Origin: Delftia acidovorans NBRC 14950 | GTDB lineage: Bacteria; Pseudomonadota; Gammaproteobacteria; Burkholderiales; Burkholderiaceae_C | Assembly: GCF_001598795.1 (NCBI RefSeq) | Contig: NZ_BCZP01000027.1 | Location: 1-32,000, forward strand | DNA: 32,000 bases | Reading direction: 5' to 3' | Shown: in pieces, positions 7,792-18,964 of the stretch | Position numbering within the stretch: the stretch's first letter is position 1 | Layout of the letters: each line of letters begins with the position of its first letter | Position numbers and translations under genes: made by a program | Notes under the pieces: model-generated | Databases searched by the model: none | Told to the model about the DNA's origin: nothing | The model's input: only the letters and a program-made list of their open reading frames with translations

Positions 7792-10362
7792 CTAGAAGCG
7801 ATAGCGGGCGCTGACCTGGACGTTGCGCGGCGCGCCATACATGCCCGAATACCACCAGCCCGACATGGCCGCTATGTACTTGCGGTCGAACAGGTTGTTG
7901 ACGTTCAGCGTCAGCGACAGCTGGTCGCTCACGTCATAGCGCGCCATGAGCCCGGCCACGGCGTAGGAGGCCTGGCGTGCGCTGACCTGCTTGCCGACCT
8001 GCCAGGCTTCGCCGCTGTACTCGATGCCGCTGCTCCAGTTGACGCCACCGCCCAGGGTGAGGCGGCGCCATTCGCCGGGCATGCGGTAGGTGGTCCACAG
8101 GCGGGCCATCTGGCGCGGGAAAGTGGTGTTGATGCGCTGGCCCGTGGCGTCTTCGGAGGCGCTGAAGTTGTAGGAGGCGGCAATCGACCATTGGCGGTTG
8201 ATGGCGCCGTTGACTTCCAGGTCCAGGCCCCGCGTCTTGGCGCCCTTGATGGCGCGCGAGGCGGTGGTGGTGGTGCCCGGGATGAACTGGCCGGGATCGG
8301 ACTCGGCCAGGTTGTCCTGGCGGATGAGGTAGACGGCGGCGCTGGTGGCCAGGCGCCCGTCCAGGAATTCGCTCTTGATGCCGGCCTCGTAGGTGTTGCC
8401 TTCCTGCGGGTCCAGGAAGGAGCCGTTGCGGTCGCGCGAGGTCTGCGGGCTGTAGATGGTGGCAAAGCTGGCGTACAGCGTGTGCTGCGGGTTCAGCGTG
8501 TAGACCAGGCCTGCGTAGGGCGTGAACACGCGGCGTTCGGACGAGGGCGAGGTCTGGTGGTATCCGTCCGTGGTGTCGGTGCGGTAGTCGCTGTCGTAGT
8601 TGAACAGCTTGCCGCCCACGATGAGCTTGAGGTCGTCGGCCAGCGCGAAGCGGCCGGCGCCGTACAGGCTGGTCTGGCGGCGCGTGCTGTCGAAGACCAC
8701 GAAGCGGTCGCCGAACACCGGGCTGCCGCTGCTGTCCCACTGGTAGATGTTGACGGGCTTGTTGCGCAGGCCCGTGATGTCGAAGCTGCCGTCGGTCAGG
8801 CTCTGGAAGTCGGTGTAGTCGAAGCCCAGCACCGCCTCGTGCTCGCGCCCGCCCAGGTTGAAGGGGCCGCGCAGGTTGATGTCCACGGATTTGTTGCGCA
8901 GCCGGTAGTCACGCCGCTCGGCGTTGAGCGACAGGCCATCGCCGGTCTCCCGGTCGAACAGGCTGTTGTTGACGGCCAGGTAGACCGCGTCTTCGCGCTG
9001 GTTGGAGCGCAGGTAGTTGGCCGAGAGCTTGAGCTGCCATCGGTTGGCCAGCGCCTGCTCCAGCGTGACGAAGGCGCTGGTGGAGTCGGTGTTGAAGCGG
9101 TTGTCGCGGCTGGCCGGGTTGAAGGAGACGGGGAAGTCGGTCTGCCGCCCATCACTGCTGAACAGCGGAAAGCCCAGGTAGGCCATGGAGCCGCGCGAGC
9201 GGCCGCGCTGGTGGTCCAGCCCGGCGGTGAGCTTGAGCGTGGAGGTGAGGTCGGCCTCGATCACGCCATAGAGCACGTCTTTTTTCTTGCTGTAGAAGTC
9301 GATGTGGCTGTCGCCCTCCTGGTGCACGGCGACCAGGCGGCCGCGCACGCTGCCCGAGGCGTTGAGCGGCGAGGACAGGTCCAGCACGCCGCGCCGGTTG
9401 CCCCAGGAGCCCACGCTGGCCTCGGCCGAGCCCTGGAACTGCGCCGTGGGCTTCTTGCGCACCATGTTGACGATGCCGGACGGATCGCCCGCGCCCGTGG
9501 TCAGGCCCGAGGCGCCGCGCAGCACCTCGATGCGGTCGTACAGCGCCATGTCGGCAATGCTTTGCGTGGGCAGGGCGTCCAGGCCCAGGAATTCGGTGTG
9601 CGTGCTGACGCCGTCGAGCTGGTAGTTGGTGATGGGGTAGCCGCGCGCATTGGCGTTGCTGCGCTCGGTGCCCAGCGCCGAGGTGGAGATGCCCGGCACG
9701 CGCGCCAGCACGTCGCTGATGCTGGTGAGGTTTTCGTCCTCCATGCGCTGCTGGGTCATCACGCTGACCGACTGCGGCGTGTCGCGCACGCTCAGCGCCA
9801 GGCCCGTGGCCACGCCGCTGGGGCCGCGCGCGGTGTAGCTGCCCGTGCCTTCGGTCGTGCCTGCCCGGTCGGCCTGGGCGACCACCTTGACCTCGGCCAG
9901 CGCATGGTCCTGGGCGCGGCCCGGCGCTGCCGTGGCCGTTGACGCCGCGGGCGCGGCGGCGGAGGCCAGCACCGTGAGCGTGCCCTGGGGCGTGCGTGCC
10001 AGCCGCAGCCCGCTGTCGGCCAGCGCCAGCTGGGCGGCCTGCTCCACGCTGTAGCTGCCCCGGATGGCGGGCGCGCGCTTGCCGGCCAGCAGGGCCGGGT
10101 CGGCGCTGATGCTGCGCTGGGCCTGACGGGCGATGCGCGCCAGCGAGTCGTCCAGCGCGCCGGCGGGCAGGTCCCATTCCAGCGTGGCGGCTGCCTGCGA
10201 TGTGCTGGCCGCCGCCGGCTGTGCCCAGGCCTGCGGCGGTGCGGACAGCGACCAGGCCAGCGCGGCGGCCACGGGCAGCAGCAGCGAGGGCGGGCTCAGC
10301 CTGCGGTGTGCGGGCGTGCTGCCAGGCTGCGGGATACGGAGAGGGCGGCGTGCGGAGGCCAT
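7792..10362 (-). CDS. TonB-dependent siderophore receptor/transducer with N-terminal STN signalling domain (FecA/FpvA type)
   Basis: Signal peptide, STN-like segment (LEWDLPAGALDDSLARIARQ...IRGSYSVEQA), plug (DTPQSVSVMTQQRMED), long beta-barrel and terminal ...ARYRF. Confidence 0.95.
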   Translation of the reverse strand: MASARRPLRIPQPGSTPAHRRLSPPSLLLPVAAALAWSLSAPPQAWAQPAAASTSQAAATLEWDLPAGALDDSLARIARQAQRSISADPALLAGKRAPAIRGSYSVEQAAQLALADSGLRLARTPQGTLTVLASAAAPAASTATAAPGRAQDHALAEVKVVAQADRAGTTEGTGSYTARGPSGVATGLALSVRDTPQSVSVMTQQRMEDENLTSISDVLARVPGISTSALGTERSNANARGYPITNYQLDGVSTHTEFLGLDALPTQSIADMALYDRIEVLRGASGLTTGAGDPSGIVNMVRKKPTAQFQGSAEASVGSWGNRRGVLDLSSPLNASGSVRGRLVAVHQEGDSHIDFYSKKKDVLYGVIEADLTSTLKLTAGLDHQRGRSRGSMAYLGFPLFSSDGRQTDFPVSFNPASRDNRFNTDSTSAFVTLEQALANRWQLKLSANYLRSNQREDAVYLAVNNSLFDRETGDGLSLNAERRDYRLRNKSVDINLRGPFNLGGREHEAVLGFDYTDFQSLTDGSFDITGLRNKPVNIYQWDSSGSPVFGDRFVVFDSTRRQTSLYGAGRFALADDLKLIVGGKLFNYDSDYRTDTTDGYHQTSPSSERRVFTPYAGLVYTLNPQHTLYASFATIYSPQTSRDRNGSFLDPQEGNTYEAGIKSEFLDGRLATSAAVYLIRQDNLAESDPGQFIPGTTTTASRAIKGAKTRGLDLEVNGAINRQWSIAASYNFSASEDATGQRINTTFPRQMARLWTTYRMPGEWRRLTLGGGVNWSSGIEYSGEAWQVGKQVSARQASYAVAGLMARYDVSDQLSLTLNVNNLFDRKYIAAMSGWWYSGMYGAPRNVQVSARYRF

Positions 10363-10460
10363 GGAGTCGGAGGTCCTTGTCGTTGCGGTGGAAATGAAGG
10401 GCTTTCATTCCGTATGTGCGACAAGGGCGGCAAAACCCCTCACGCGGCGCAAAAAAAGAC
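10363..10460 (-). promoter_or_regulatory. fecR-receptor intergenic region; candidate ECF (FecI-type) promoter
   Basis: On the minus strand a GGAAT element sits inside the imperfect palindrome 10390-10411, about 45 nt upstream of the receptor ATG. Assigning it as a -35 box is inference only. Confidence 0.3.
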
Positions 10461-11453
10461 TCAAGCGGGCCGGTCTCGCACGTCGATCACCGTCAGCCAG
10501 TCCCCCCAGCGGCGCACGCTGACGGGATGGGTGTCCACCAGGTCCTGCAGCACCTGGTCGGGCCGGGCCAGCTGGAACACGCCGAAGATCCGCAGGCGCG
10601 CGGCCTCGGGGCTGATGCGGATGATGCCGGCCTGGTAGGGCCGCAGCGCGTCGATCACCTCGCCCAGCGGCTGGTCGCGCACGTCGATGACGCCGTCGGC
10701 CCAGGCGGCCGGCGCCAGGTGGGCGGTGTCCTGCGTGCGGATGCCGTCGGCGTCGATCCAGGCGCTGCGGCCCTCCTGCAGCCGGTGCTGCCGGCCGTTC
10801 AGGCTGGTGAGCAGCACGCTGTGCTCCAGCACATGCACCAGGGTGCTGCCCTCTGCCTGGCGCACCATGAAGCGCGTGCCCAGCGCCTGGGCCGTGCCCT
10901 GGGCGCTTTGCACGACAAACGGGCGCAGGGGCTGGCCCGGCGCGCTGGCAGCCACCTGCGCCAGCAGCGCGCCTTCGCGCAGGCGCACCAGGCGGCGGGT
11001 GTCGCTGTAGGCAATGTCGGCGGCCGAGCGGGCGTCCAGTTCGATCTCGCTGCCGTCCGGCAGCCGGTGGTGGCTGCGCTGGCCGGTGCCCGTGCGCAGG
11101 TCGGCGGCCAGCGTGGTCAGCGGTGTTTGCCGGTGCACCAGCCATGCCGTGGCGGTGCTGGCCAGCAGGGCGGCCAACCCACCGCGCAACAGGCTGCGCC
11201 TGCGCGCGGCCTTCGGGATGGGCGCCACCAGCGCCTGCAGGCCCAGGGCCGCCGTGCCCCCGCCCTGCCGGCGCAACTGCACAAGGGCGGGCTCCACCCC
11301 GGCGGACAGGCGTTGCTGCACCATGGCCCAGGCCTGGGCATGGCCGGGCGACTGGCGCAGCCAGTGGGCGAAGGCGCGGCGGTCGTCATCGCTGGCGTGG
11401 CCCGAGTCCAGACGCACCAGCCAGTCGATGGCCTGATCGGTGGCGGCATCCAT
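10461..11453 (-). CDS. fecR: FecR-family anti-sigma/sigma regulator (transmembrane sensor)
   Basis: N-terminus DQAIDWLVRLDSGHASDDDRRAFAHWLRQSPGHAQAW, a single TM segment and a FecR periplasmic domain. Start at MDAATD (ATG 11453). Confidence 0.9.
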   Translation of the reverse strand: MDAATDQAIDWLVRLDSGHASDDDRRAFAHWLRQSPGHAQAWAMVQQRLSAGVEPALVQLRRQGGGTAALGLQALVAPIPKAARRRSLLRGGLAALLASTATAWLVHRQTPLTTLAADLRTGTGQRSHHRLPDGSEIELDARSAADIAYSDTRRLVRLREGALLAQVAASAPGQPLRPFVVQSAQGTAQALGTRFMVRQAEGSTLVHVLEHSVLLTSLNGRQHRLQEGRSAWIDADGIRTQDTAHLAPAAWADGVIDVRDQPLGEVIDALRPYQAGIIRISPEAARLRIFGVFQLARPDQVLQDLVDTHPVSVRRWGDWLTVIDVRDRPA

Positions 11454-11461
11454 GCAGGCGA

Positions 11462-11974
11462 TCAGCCGGGGAAGGCCAGCGGCGAGAGGTACAGGTGCAC
11501 CAGGGCCTGCTTCATGTAGCGCTCCACCGTGGCAATGGACACGGCCATGGCTTCGGCGATCTCGGCGTGCCTGAGGCCGTCGAGCCGGCGCAGCAAGAAG
11601 GCCTGCCGCACCTTCGGGGGCAGGCCGTCCAGCCATTGGTCCAGGGCCTCGATGGCTTCGCGCACCAGGGCGTAGTCCTCGGGGGAGGGCGCCACTTCCT
11701 CGGGCAGCGTGGCCAGCGCATCGAGCCAGGCCTGCTCCAGTTCGCGCCTGCGCCAGAAGTTGTAGAGTACCCGCTGGGCCAGCGTGGTCAGGTAGGCGCG
11801 CGGCTCCTGGATGGCATGGGCCTGCCGGGACGCCACCACGCGCTCGAAGGTGTCGTGCGCCAGGTCCTCGGCCTGGTGGGAATTGCCCAGCTTGCGCCGC
11901 AGCCAGCCGTGCAGCCAGTCATGGTGGGCGACGTAGAGCGTGTGCACCGGGTCGGCGGTGGACGGGGAGGGCAT
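11462..11974 (-). CDS. fecI: ECF sigma-70 factor, FecI-like
   Basis: Region 2 (DLAHDTFERV) and region 4 HTH (LRHAEIAEAMAVSIATVERYMKQAL). The track start at 11992 is TTG inside the Fur box, so I prefer the ATG at 11974. Confidence 0.9.
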   Translation of the reverse strand: MPSPSTADPVHTLYVAHHDWLHGWLRRKLGNSHQAEDLAHDTFERVVASRQAHAIQEPRAYLTTLAQRVLYNFWRRRELEQAWLDALATLPEEVAPSPEDYALVREAIEALDQWLDGLPPKVRQAFLLRRLDGLRHAEIAEAMAVSIATVERYMKQALVHLYLSPLAFPG

Positions 11975-11990
11975 GGTGCAGCGGTTTTGC

Positions 11991-12011
11991 AAATGAGAAT
12001 TTTTCTCATTT
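11991..12011. promoter_or_regulatory. Fur box (perfect 9-3-9 palindrome)
   Basis: aaatgagaa-ttt-ttctcattt resembles the Fur consensus core AATGAGAAT..ATTCTCATT. It lies 17 bp upstream of the fecI ATG. Confidence 0.7.
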
Positions 12012-12023
12012 TACAGAGTCTGC

Positions 12024-12704
12024 CTACATCAGCCCCTCGCTGGCCATGGACAGCGAGGCACCGGGCGCCACGATCACATGGTCCAGCACCTGGATGTCCA
12101 CCAGGCCCAGGGCGGCCTGCAGGCTCTGCGTGACGGCCTTGTCGGCGGCGCTGGCCTGGACCTGTCCGCTGGGATGGTTGTGGGCCAGGATGACGGCGCC
12201 CGCATGGTGGTTCAGGGCGCGCAGCACCACCTCCCGGGGGTAGACGCTGGTGCGCGTGAGCGTGCCCCGGAACATTTCTTCCAGCGCGATCAGCCGGTGC
12301 TGGCCGTCCAGGAACAGCACGGCGAAGACCTCATGCTGGCGCGCCGCCAGGTGCAGCTGCAGGTAGCGCGCCACGGCCTCGGGCGAGGCCAGGGCCGGGC
12401 GCTCGCGCAGTTGCTCGGCCATGGCGCGGCGCGCCAGTTCGAGCACGGCCAGGAGTTGTGCGCACTTGGAAGGCCCCAGCCCCTTGATGGCCTTCAGGTC
12501 GGCGTGCCCGGCCTGCAGCAGCCCGGACAGGCCGGCCCGGCCGGGCAACTGCAGCAGTTCCTGGGCCAGCTGCAGCACGCCCTTGCCGGCCATGCCGGTG
12601 CGCAGCACGATGGCCAGCAGTTCGATATCGGAAAGCGCCGAGGGGCCGCGCGCCGCGAGCTTTTCGCGCGGCTGGGCCTGGGCGGGCAGGTCTTTGAGAG
12701 CCAT
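12024..12704 (-). CDS. radC: RadC-family JAB/MPN domain protein
   Basis: N-terminal HhH-like region ([14 protein letters not shown]) and JAMM motif ILAHNHPSG. Confidence 0.9.
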   Translation of the reverse strand: MALKDLPAQAQPREKLAARGPSALSDIELLAIVLRTGMAGKGVLQLAQELLQLPGRAGLSGLLQAGHADLKAIKGLGPSKCAQLLAVLELARRAMAEQLRERPALASPEAVARYLQLHLAARQHEVFAVLFLDGQHRLIALEEMFRGTLTRTSVYPREVVLRALNHHAGAVILAHNHPSGQVQASAADKAVTQSLQAALGLVDIQVLDHVIVAPGASLSMASEGLM

Positions 12705-12800
12705 GGTTCAGCCAGGTGGGGGCGCCGCAGGGACACCGTTGCACGGGGCGTGGGGGCATGGATGTTTTTCTACAATACGGGCCAGTTTATCGGGACTTCC

Positions 12801-13271
12801 ATGACCTCTAGCGCTTCTTCCTCGGCCCTCCCCACGGTCCAGACCGGCTCGTTCCTCACACTGCACTACCGCCTGTCCGGGCCTGCAGGCGATGTGATCA
12901 ACACCTTCAACGACAAGCCCGCCACGCTGTCCCTGGGCGCGGGCGAGCTGTCGCCCGCCGTCGAGCAGCGCCTGCTGGGCCTGGCCGAAGGCACGCGCAC
13001 CACATTCGAGATGCCGGCCGGCGAAGCCTTTGGCGAGCGCAACGGCGACATGATGCAGTGGGTGGCGCGCAAGCTGATGAACGAGCTGGGCGACCCGCAC
13101 GAGCAGTACGCGCCCGGCGACGTGGTGCAGTTCCCCACGCCCGACGGCCTGGGCAGCTACGCGGGCGCCGTGGTGCAGGTGCGCGAGGACGGCGCCGTGC
13201 TGTTCGACTTCAACCACCCGCTGGCGGGCCAGCCGGTGACGTTCGAAGTGCAGATCATCGGGGTGCTCTGA
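12801..13271 (+). CDS. fkpB: FKBP-type peptidyl-prolyl cis-trans isomerase (SlpA/FkpB type)
   Basis: FKBP core with insert-in-flap and ending [18 protein letters not shown]. It sits immediately upstream of ispH, as in the lspA-fkpB-ispH arrangement. Confidence 0.85.
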   Translation: MTSSASSSALPTVQTGSFLTLHYRLSGPAGDVINTFNDKPATLSLGAGELSPAVEQRLLGLAEGTRTTFEMPAGEAFGERNGDMMQWVARKLMNELGDPHEQYAPGDVVQFPTPDGLGSYAGAVVQVREDGAVLFDFNHPLAGQPVTFEVQIIGVL

Positions 13272-13272
13272 G

Positions 13273-14271
13273 GTGCTGGATTCGACCTCGCCCCAGGAAA
13301 TCCTGCTGGCCGAGCCCCGGGGCTTCTGTGCCGGCGTGGACCGCGCCATCGAGATCGTGGAGCGTGCGCTGGCCAAGTTCGGCGCGCCCATCTACGTGCG
13401 CCACGAGATCGTGCACAACACCTTCGTGGTCAACGATCTCAAGGCCAAGGGAGCGATCTTCATCGAGGAACTGGACGACGTGCCGCCCGGCTCCACCCTG
13501 GTGTTCAGCGCCCACGGCGTGAGCCGGGCGGTGCAGGAAGAGGCGCGGCGGCGCGGTTTCTCCATCTTCGACGCCACCTGTCCGCTGGTGACCAAGGTGC
13601 ATGTGGAAGTGGCCAAGCTCGCCAAGGAAGGCTACGAGTTCCTGATGATCGGCCACAAGGGGCACCCCGAGGTCGAGGGCACCATGGGCCAGCTGTCCGA
13701 GGGCATCCACCTGGTCGAGGACGAGGCCGATGTGGCCCGTGTCACCCCCCGCCAGACCGAGAAGCTGGCCGTGGTCACGCAGACCACGCTGTCGGTGGAC
13801 GATGCCGCCGGCATCACGGCGGCCATCCGCGCCCGTTTTCCGCAGGTGCGCGAGCCCAAGCAGCAGGACATCTGCTACGCCACGCAAAACCGCCAGGACG
13901 CCGTCAAGGTGCTGGCGCCGCAGGTGGATGTGCTCATCGTCGTGGGCAGCCCCACCAGCTCCAACAGCAACCGCCTGCGCGAGCTGGCCGCACGCCTGGG
14001 AACGCCCGCCTACATGGTGGACAACGCGGGCGAGCTGTGCGAGGAATGGTTTGCCAATGCCGGGCGCGTGGGCCTGACGGCTGGGGCCTCTGCCCCCGAG
14101 GTGCTGGTGGACGAGGTCATCCAGCGCCTGCGCCAGCTGGGCGCGCTGTCGGTGCGCAAGATGGATGGCATCGAGGAGACCGTGAAGTTCCCGCTGCCCA
14201 AGGGCCTGAAGATCGACGCGGCCACTGGGCTGGAGATCTCCGTGGGCAAGCAGCCCGAGACGGGCGGCTGA
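13273..14271 (+). CDS. ispH: 4-hydroxy-3-methylbut-2-enyl diphosphate reductase
   Basis: [22 protein letters not shown] and SAHGVS motifs. GTG start 2 nt after the fkpB stop. Confidence 0.97.
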   Translation: MLDSTSPQEILLAEPRGFCAGVDRAIEIVERALAKFGAPIYVRHEIVHNTFVVNDLKAKGAIFIEELDDVPPGSTLVFSAHGVSRAVQEEARRRGFSIFDATCPLVTKVHVEVAKLAKEGYEFLMIGHKGHPEVEGTMGQLSEGIHLVEDEADVARVTPRQTEKLAVVTQTTLSVDDAAGITAAIRARFPQVREPKQQDICYATQNRQDAVKVLAPQVDVLIVVGSPTSSNSNRLRELAARLGTPAYMVDNAGELCEEWFANAGRVGLTAGASAPEVLVDEVIQRLRQLGALSVRKMDGIEETVKFPLPKGLKIDAATGLEISVGKQPETGG

Positions 14272-14303
14272 GCCGCAGGCGCAGCGGACATTGGCCAAAA
14301 AGC

Positions 14304-14327
14304 AAACGGGCGCCTGGCGCCCGTTTT
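14304..14327. terminator. Bidirectional rho-independent terminator between ispH and the convergent CBS gene
   Basis: Perfect 11-bp stem aaacgggcgcc / ggcgcccgttt flanked by A-run and T-run. Confidence 0.85.
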
Positions 14328-14347
14328 GCATGGTGGGGCCGAAAGCC

Positions 14348-16516
<2,169 letters not shown>

Positions 16517-16533
16517 TTCAGCTTCGACGCTGC

Positions 16534-16623
<90 letters not shown>

Positions 16624-16635
16624 ATGTGTCAGCAA

Positions 16636-16663
16636 ACAAGCGCCTTCCGAGGCGCTTTTTTGT
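16636..16663 (+). terminator. Rho-independent terminator after tRNA-Ser
   Basis: aagcgcc-ttccga-ggcgctt stem-loop followed by ttttttg. Confidence 0.8.
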
Positions 16664-16698
16664 TGTGCCCATCAATCTACCCATCATTGGATGAAGCG

Positions 16699-17223
16699 AT
16701 GGCAGGCTTAGCGAAACGACCTGGTTTCCATGACGACCAGGAGCGAACGACGCCCATGGGGTTGGTCCGCTACGGGTATGAGTTCTTGGAGTCTGCTTTC
16801 GTTATGTACGAGCGTGCGGCCCAGCCAAGACCTCCACTGGTTCCGTGTCCACCAATCCCAGTCTTGTATCTTTTGGGGCATGGGTTGGAGCTCACCTTCA
16901 AGGCTTTTCTACTGAGCAAGGGTGTCACTCTCAAGCACATTCGCTACGAGCTGGGCCATGATTTGGAGGGGGCATTCAGCAGCAGCAAGGAAAACGGCCT
17001 TGGCACAGTACTTCAATGGCAAGCTTCTGATGAGTCTGCGCTGACTTTGTTCAATGTGATGTACAAGGCGAAGGAGCTGGAGTACATAGTGACAGGAGCA
17101 AAGACCATCCCTTACTACCCACTGCTGCAGAACTTCTCTATCAAGCTGTTTGATGCGGTTGCTACCCCCATCGGCTTCCGGAAGCGTCTTGCCACGTGGA
17201 CCTTGGATGAGTCGCCAGTTTGA
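16699..17223 (+). CDS. Hypothetical protein, possible HEPN-domain protein
   Basis: Lower-GC ORF. The segment GHGLELTFKAFLLSKGVTLKHIRYELGHDLEGAF resembles the HEPN helix pattern (..E.aLKAlL...G......HDL..L) and contains an R-x4-H spacing (RYELGH). The start is uncertain: ATG 16699, or ATG 16756 preceded by AGGAG. The track ORF begins inside the tRNA and is trimmed. Confidence 0.5.
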   Translation: MAGLAKRPGFHDDQERTTPMGLVRYGYEFLESAFVMYERAAQPRPPLVPCPPIPVLYLLGHGLELTFKAFLLSKGVTLKHIRYELGHDLEGAFSSSKENGLGTVLQWQASDESALTLFNVMYKAKELEYIVTGAKTIPYYPLLQNFSIKLFDAVATPIGFRKRLATWTLDESPV

Positions 17224-17290
17224 CGTATTGCTGAGCATCGTCAGGTGCGATGGCTGGACGTTAAAGCTTTAACAAAGAATCAAAGAATCA

Positions 17291-17340
17291 AAACGCCCCG
17301 AAAACCCGCATGGATGCTGGGTTTCGGGGCGTTTCTGTTT
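17291..17340 (+). terminator. Rho-independent terminator
   Basis: aacgccccgaaaaccc / gggtttcggggcgtt long stem followed by tctgttt. Confidence 0.7.
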
Positions 17341-17463
17341 GATTAACAAAATTCAAACGGGGGAATTTTTTGCGCGTGCGGAACAGGGCGGCTTAGGCCG
17401 GCAAGGGCTGTGGACTTCGGTCCACCCACTGCCCTACGATCACCAGACACCAAGGAGGCATCG

Positions 17464-17898
17464 ATGATTAAGGTCTACGTGGACACAGGGGGCGAGATGC
17501 CGGGTCTGAAACACCTCAGGGCGCGAGGCTTGGCGGGTTCGGTCCATTTCCCTTATGAGCAACGCCTCAAACGCATTGACACGACTGCAAAGCCATCCAA
17601 TCTGTCTTGGGGCGGCAGCGCGGCGTCTCATGCCGATCTCGCAGGCATGTCTTGGTCCGACACTGGCGAGAAGCCGATGCATGCGGCGATCGCAAAGGTT
17701 ATTGGCGCGCACAACGTGGCCGACGTTCAACACCTAGCCTCTGCCCATGCGGCCGGCTGCGACGCTATGCTCACCTCCGACAAAGGCGACATCTGGCGTC
17801 ACCGCGACGAGCTGCACGCGCTGCTCGGCATCCGCGTCTTTCATTCCGCCAGCGAATGGCCAGATTTCGTGGTTTTCTGCGAGAACAGCGCCTCCTAG
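17464..17898 (+). CDS. Hypothetical protein, possible PIN-like nuclease fold
   Basis: Strong RBS (AAGGAGG 6 nt upstream). N-terminal MIKVYVDTGG and C-terminal DVQHLASAHAAGCDAMLTSDKGDI match the spacing of conserved acidic residues in PIN-like domains. This is by-eye only. Confidence 0.55.
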   Translation: MIKVYVDTGGEMPGLKHLRARGLAGSVHFPYEQRLKRIDTTAKPSNLSWGGSAASHADLAGMSWSDTGEKPMHAAIAKVIGAHNVADVQHLASAHAAGCDAMLTSDKGDIWRHRDELHALLGIRVFHSASEWPDFVVFCENSAS

Positions 17899-18004
17899 CA
17901 CCCGCGCCCTCTCCCTTTGCTGGCCCGACAATGCCTCTGAGGCGCGTCAGCCAGGCTCAGGCGCTTACGATCAGGCTCCCCTATCACCGAACGATGGAGT
18001 GCAA

Positions 18005-18295
18005 ATGGAGCAATCTCAGGACTACAGGCTTGTCCTCTCTGCCAGGATTTCAGCGCTGGAGAAGGTTGTGGAGCAATTGGCTGTCCAGCAACTATCTGGA
18101 ATGGACAACGCGGCGCAGCTGGTGGCGGAGATGCGAAGGGCGGCGATTGCTTCTTTGGAGATCGCACCGATGAACACAGGCGGCGTCCATCTCACGCCTC
18201 AGCAACAAGAGTGGCTCAGAAGAGAAAACATCCAGAGCAAGCACCAGACGGAAAAGCTCTTTTCTGCAGTGGAGCGCTCTTTGAGCACCAGCTAG
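18005..18295 (+). CDS. Hypothetical small helical protein (96 aa)
   Basis: ATG preceded by GGAG and helical/coiled-coil-like composition. No family recognised. Confidence 0.45.
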   Translation: MEQSQDYRLVLSARISALEKVVEQLAVQQLSGMDNAAQLVAEMRRAAIASLEIAPMNTGGVHLTPQQQEWLRRENIQSKHQTEKLFSAVERSLSTS

Positions 18296-18306
18296 CCCCG
18301 AACAAG

Positions 18307-18343
18307 CAAAAGCCCCGCTGGGCGAGCCATGCGGGGCTTTGTT
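18307..18343 (+). terminator. Rho-independent terminator
   Basis: aaaagccccgc / gcggggctttg stem with a 12-nt loop. Confidence 0.6.
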
Positions 18344-18362
18344 GCGTCTGGGCCTGCGGTAG

Positions 18363-18503
18363 TTACGCGCGCACGCCCTTGACCACTGCGAATGTCTGCG
18401 GGTAGGGGATCACCACATCAGCGCGGACGTGGCAGGCAAAGCCGATTTCGCCGGTGGATGTGAATACCTCGCGCAGTAGTTGGATTCTCACGTTCTCGCG
18501 CAG
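18363..18503 (-). pseudogene. Possible 3' gene remnant (C-terminal about 45 codons, no start codon)
   Basis: Open frame ...LLRENVRIQLLREVFTSTGEIGFACHVRADVVIPYPQTFAVVKGVRA* with coding-like third-position G/C bias. It has no ATG and its upstream end runs into the H-NS terminator. Confidence 0.25.
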
Positions 18504-18520
18504 CAGGGAGTTGCAGCCAT

Positions 18521-18546
18521 AAAAAAGGCCCGCGTTGGCGGGCCGT
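18521..18546 (-). terminator. Rho-independent terminator after the H-NS-family gene
   Basis: Minus strand: GGCCCGC-CAAC-GCGGGCC followed by TTTTTTAT, 3 nt after the stop. Confidence 0.8.
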
Positions 18547-18548
18547 GC

Positions 18549-18830
18549 TCAGATCTCGAGGGCCTTGCGGTCCTTGCCTTCAATCCAGCGCGGCGGTTTG
18601 CCCCGGCCGGTCCAGGTGGCTCCGCTGGCGGGGTCGCGGTATTTGGCCACGCCAATGCTGGCGGACTTGGCCTTGCCGGTGCTGAAGATGTCATCCTGGG
18701 TCAGACCGAACTGCTCGACGAGTTCGCGGACCTTGGCGATGACTCCGCCTTTTTCCGCCTTCAGGGTGGCGGCGATCTTTGCCTCAAGCTCGGCCTTCTG
18801 CTGGAGGAGGGTTTTGTAATCTGCTGTCAT
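18549..18830 (-). CDS. H-NS-family nucleoid-associated / xenogeneic-silencing protein
   Basis: N-terminal coiled coil (LLQQKAELEAKIAATLKAEK) and C-terminal DNA-binding motif YRDPASGATWTGRGKPPRW (TWxGRGxxPxW). Confidence 0.9.
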   Translation of the reverse strand: MTADYKTLLQQKAELEAKIAATLKAEKGGVIAKVRELVEQFGLTQDDIFSTGKAKSASIGVAKYRDPASGATWTGRGKPPRWIEGKDRKALEI

Positions 18831-18964
18831 GTATTCCTCATGGATAGTGTGCTACACAATGACGCATTCTATGGAGACAGGGCCCATGTCGCATGTGGGA
18901 CATCGTTGGTGTTTGCACCTAGCCTCTGCTCCGCCTGCCCCCAGGCGCTGTGCGCGGACCGGGC

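Noticed and set aside
17261-17293. The perfect 12-bp palindrome ttaaagctttaa and the 8-bp tandem caaagaat x2 just before a terminator.
   Set aside because: These are short AT-rich features in an AT-richer islet spacer, with no associated gene or partner site. They are recorded but not interpretable.
18363-18551. The open frame downstream of the H-NS stop codon is in the same frame as H-NS, raising the idea of programmed TGA read-through.
   Set aside because: A strong rho-independent terminator sits 3 nt after the stop. The frame coincidence has a 1-in-3 prior, and a truncated older gene is a simpler explanation.
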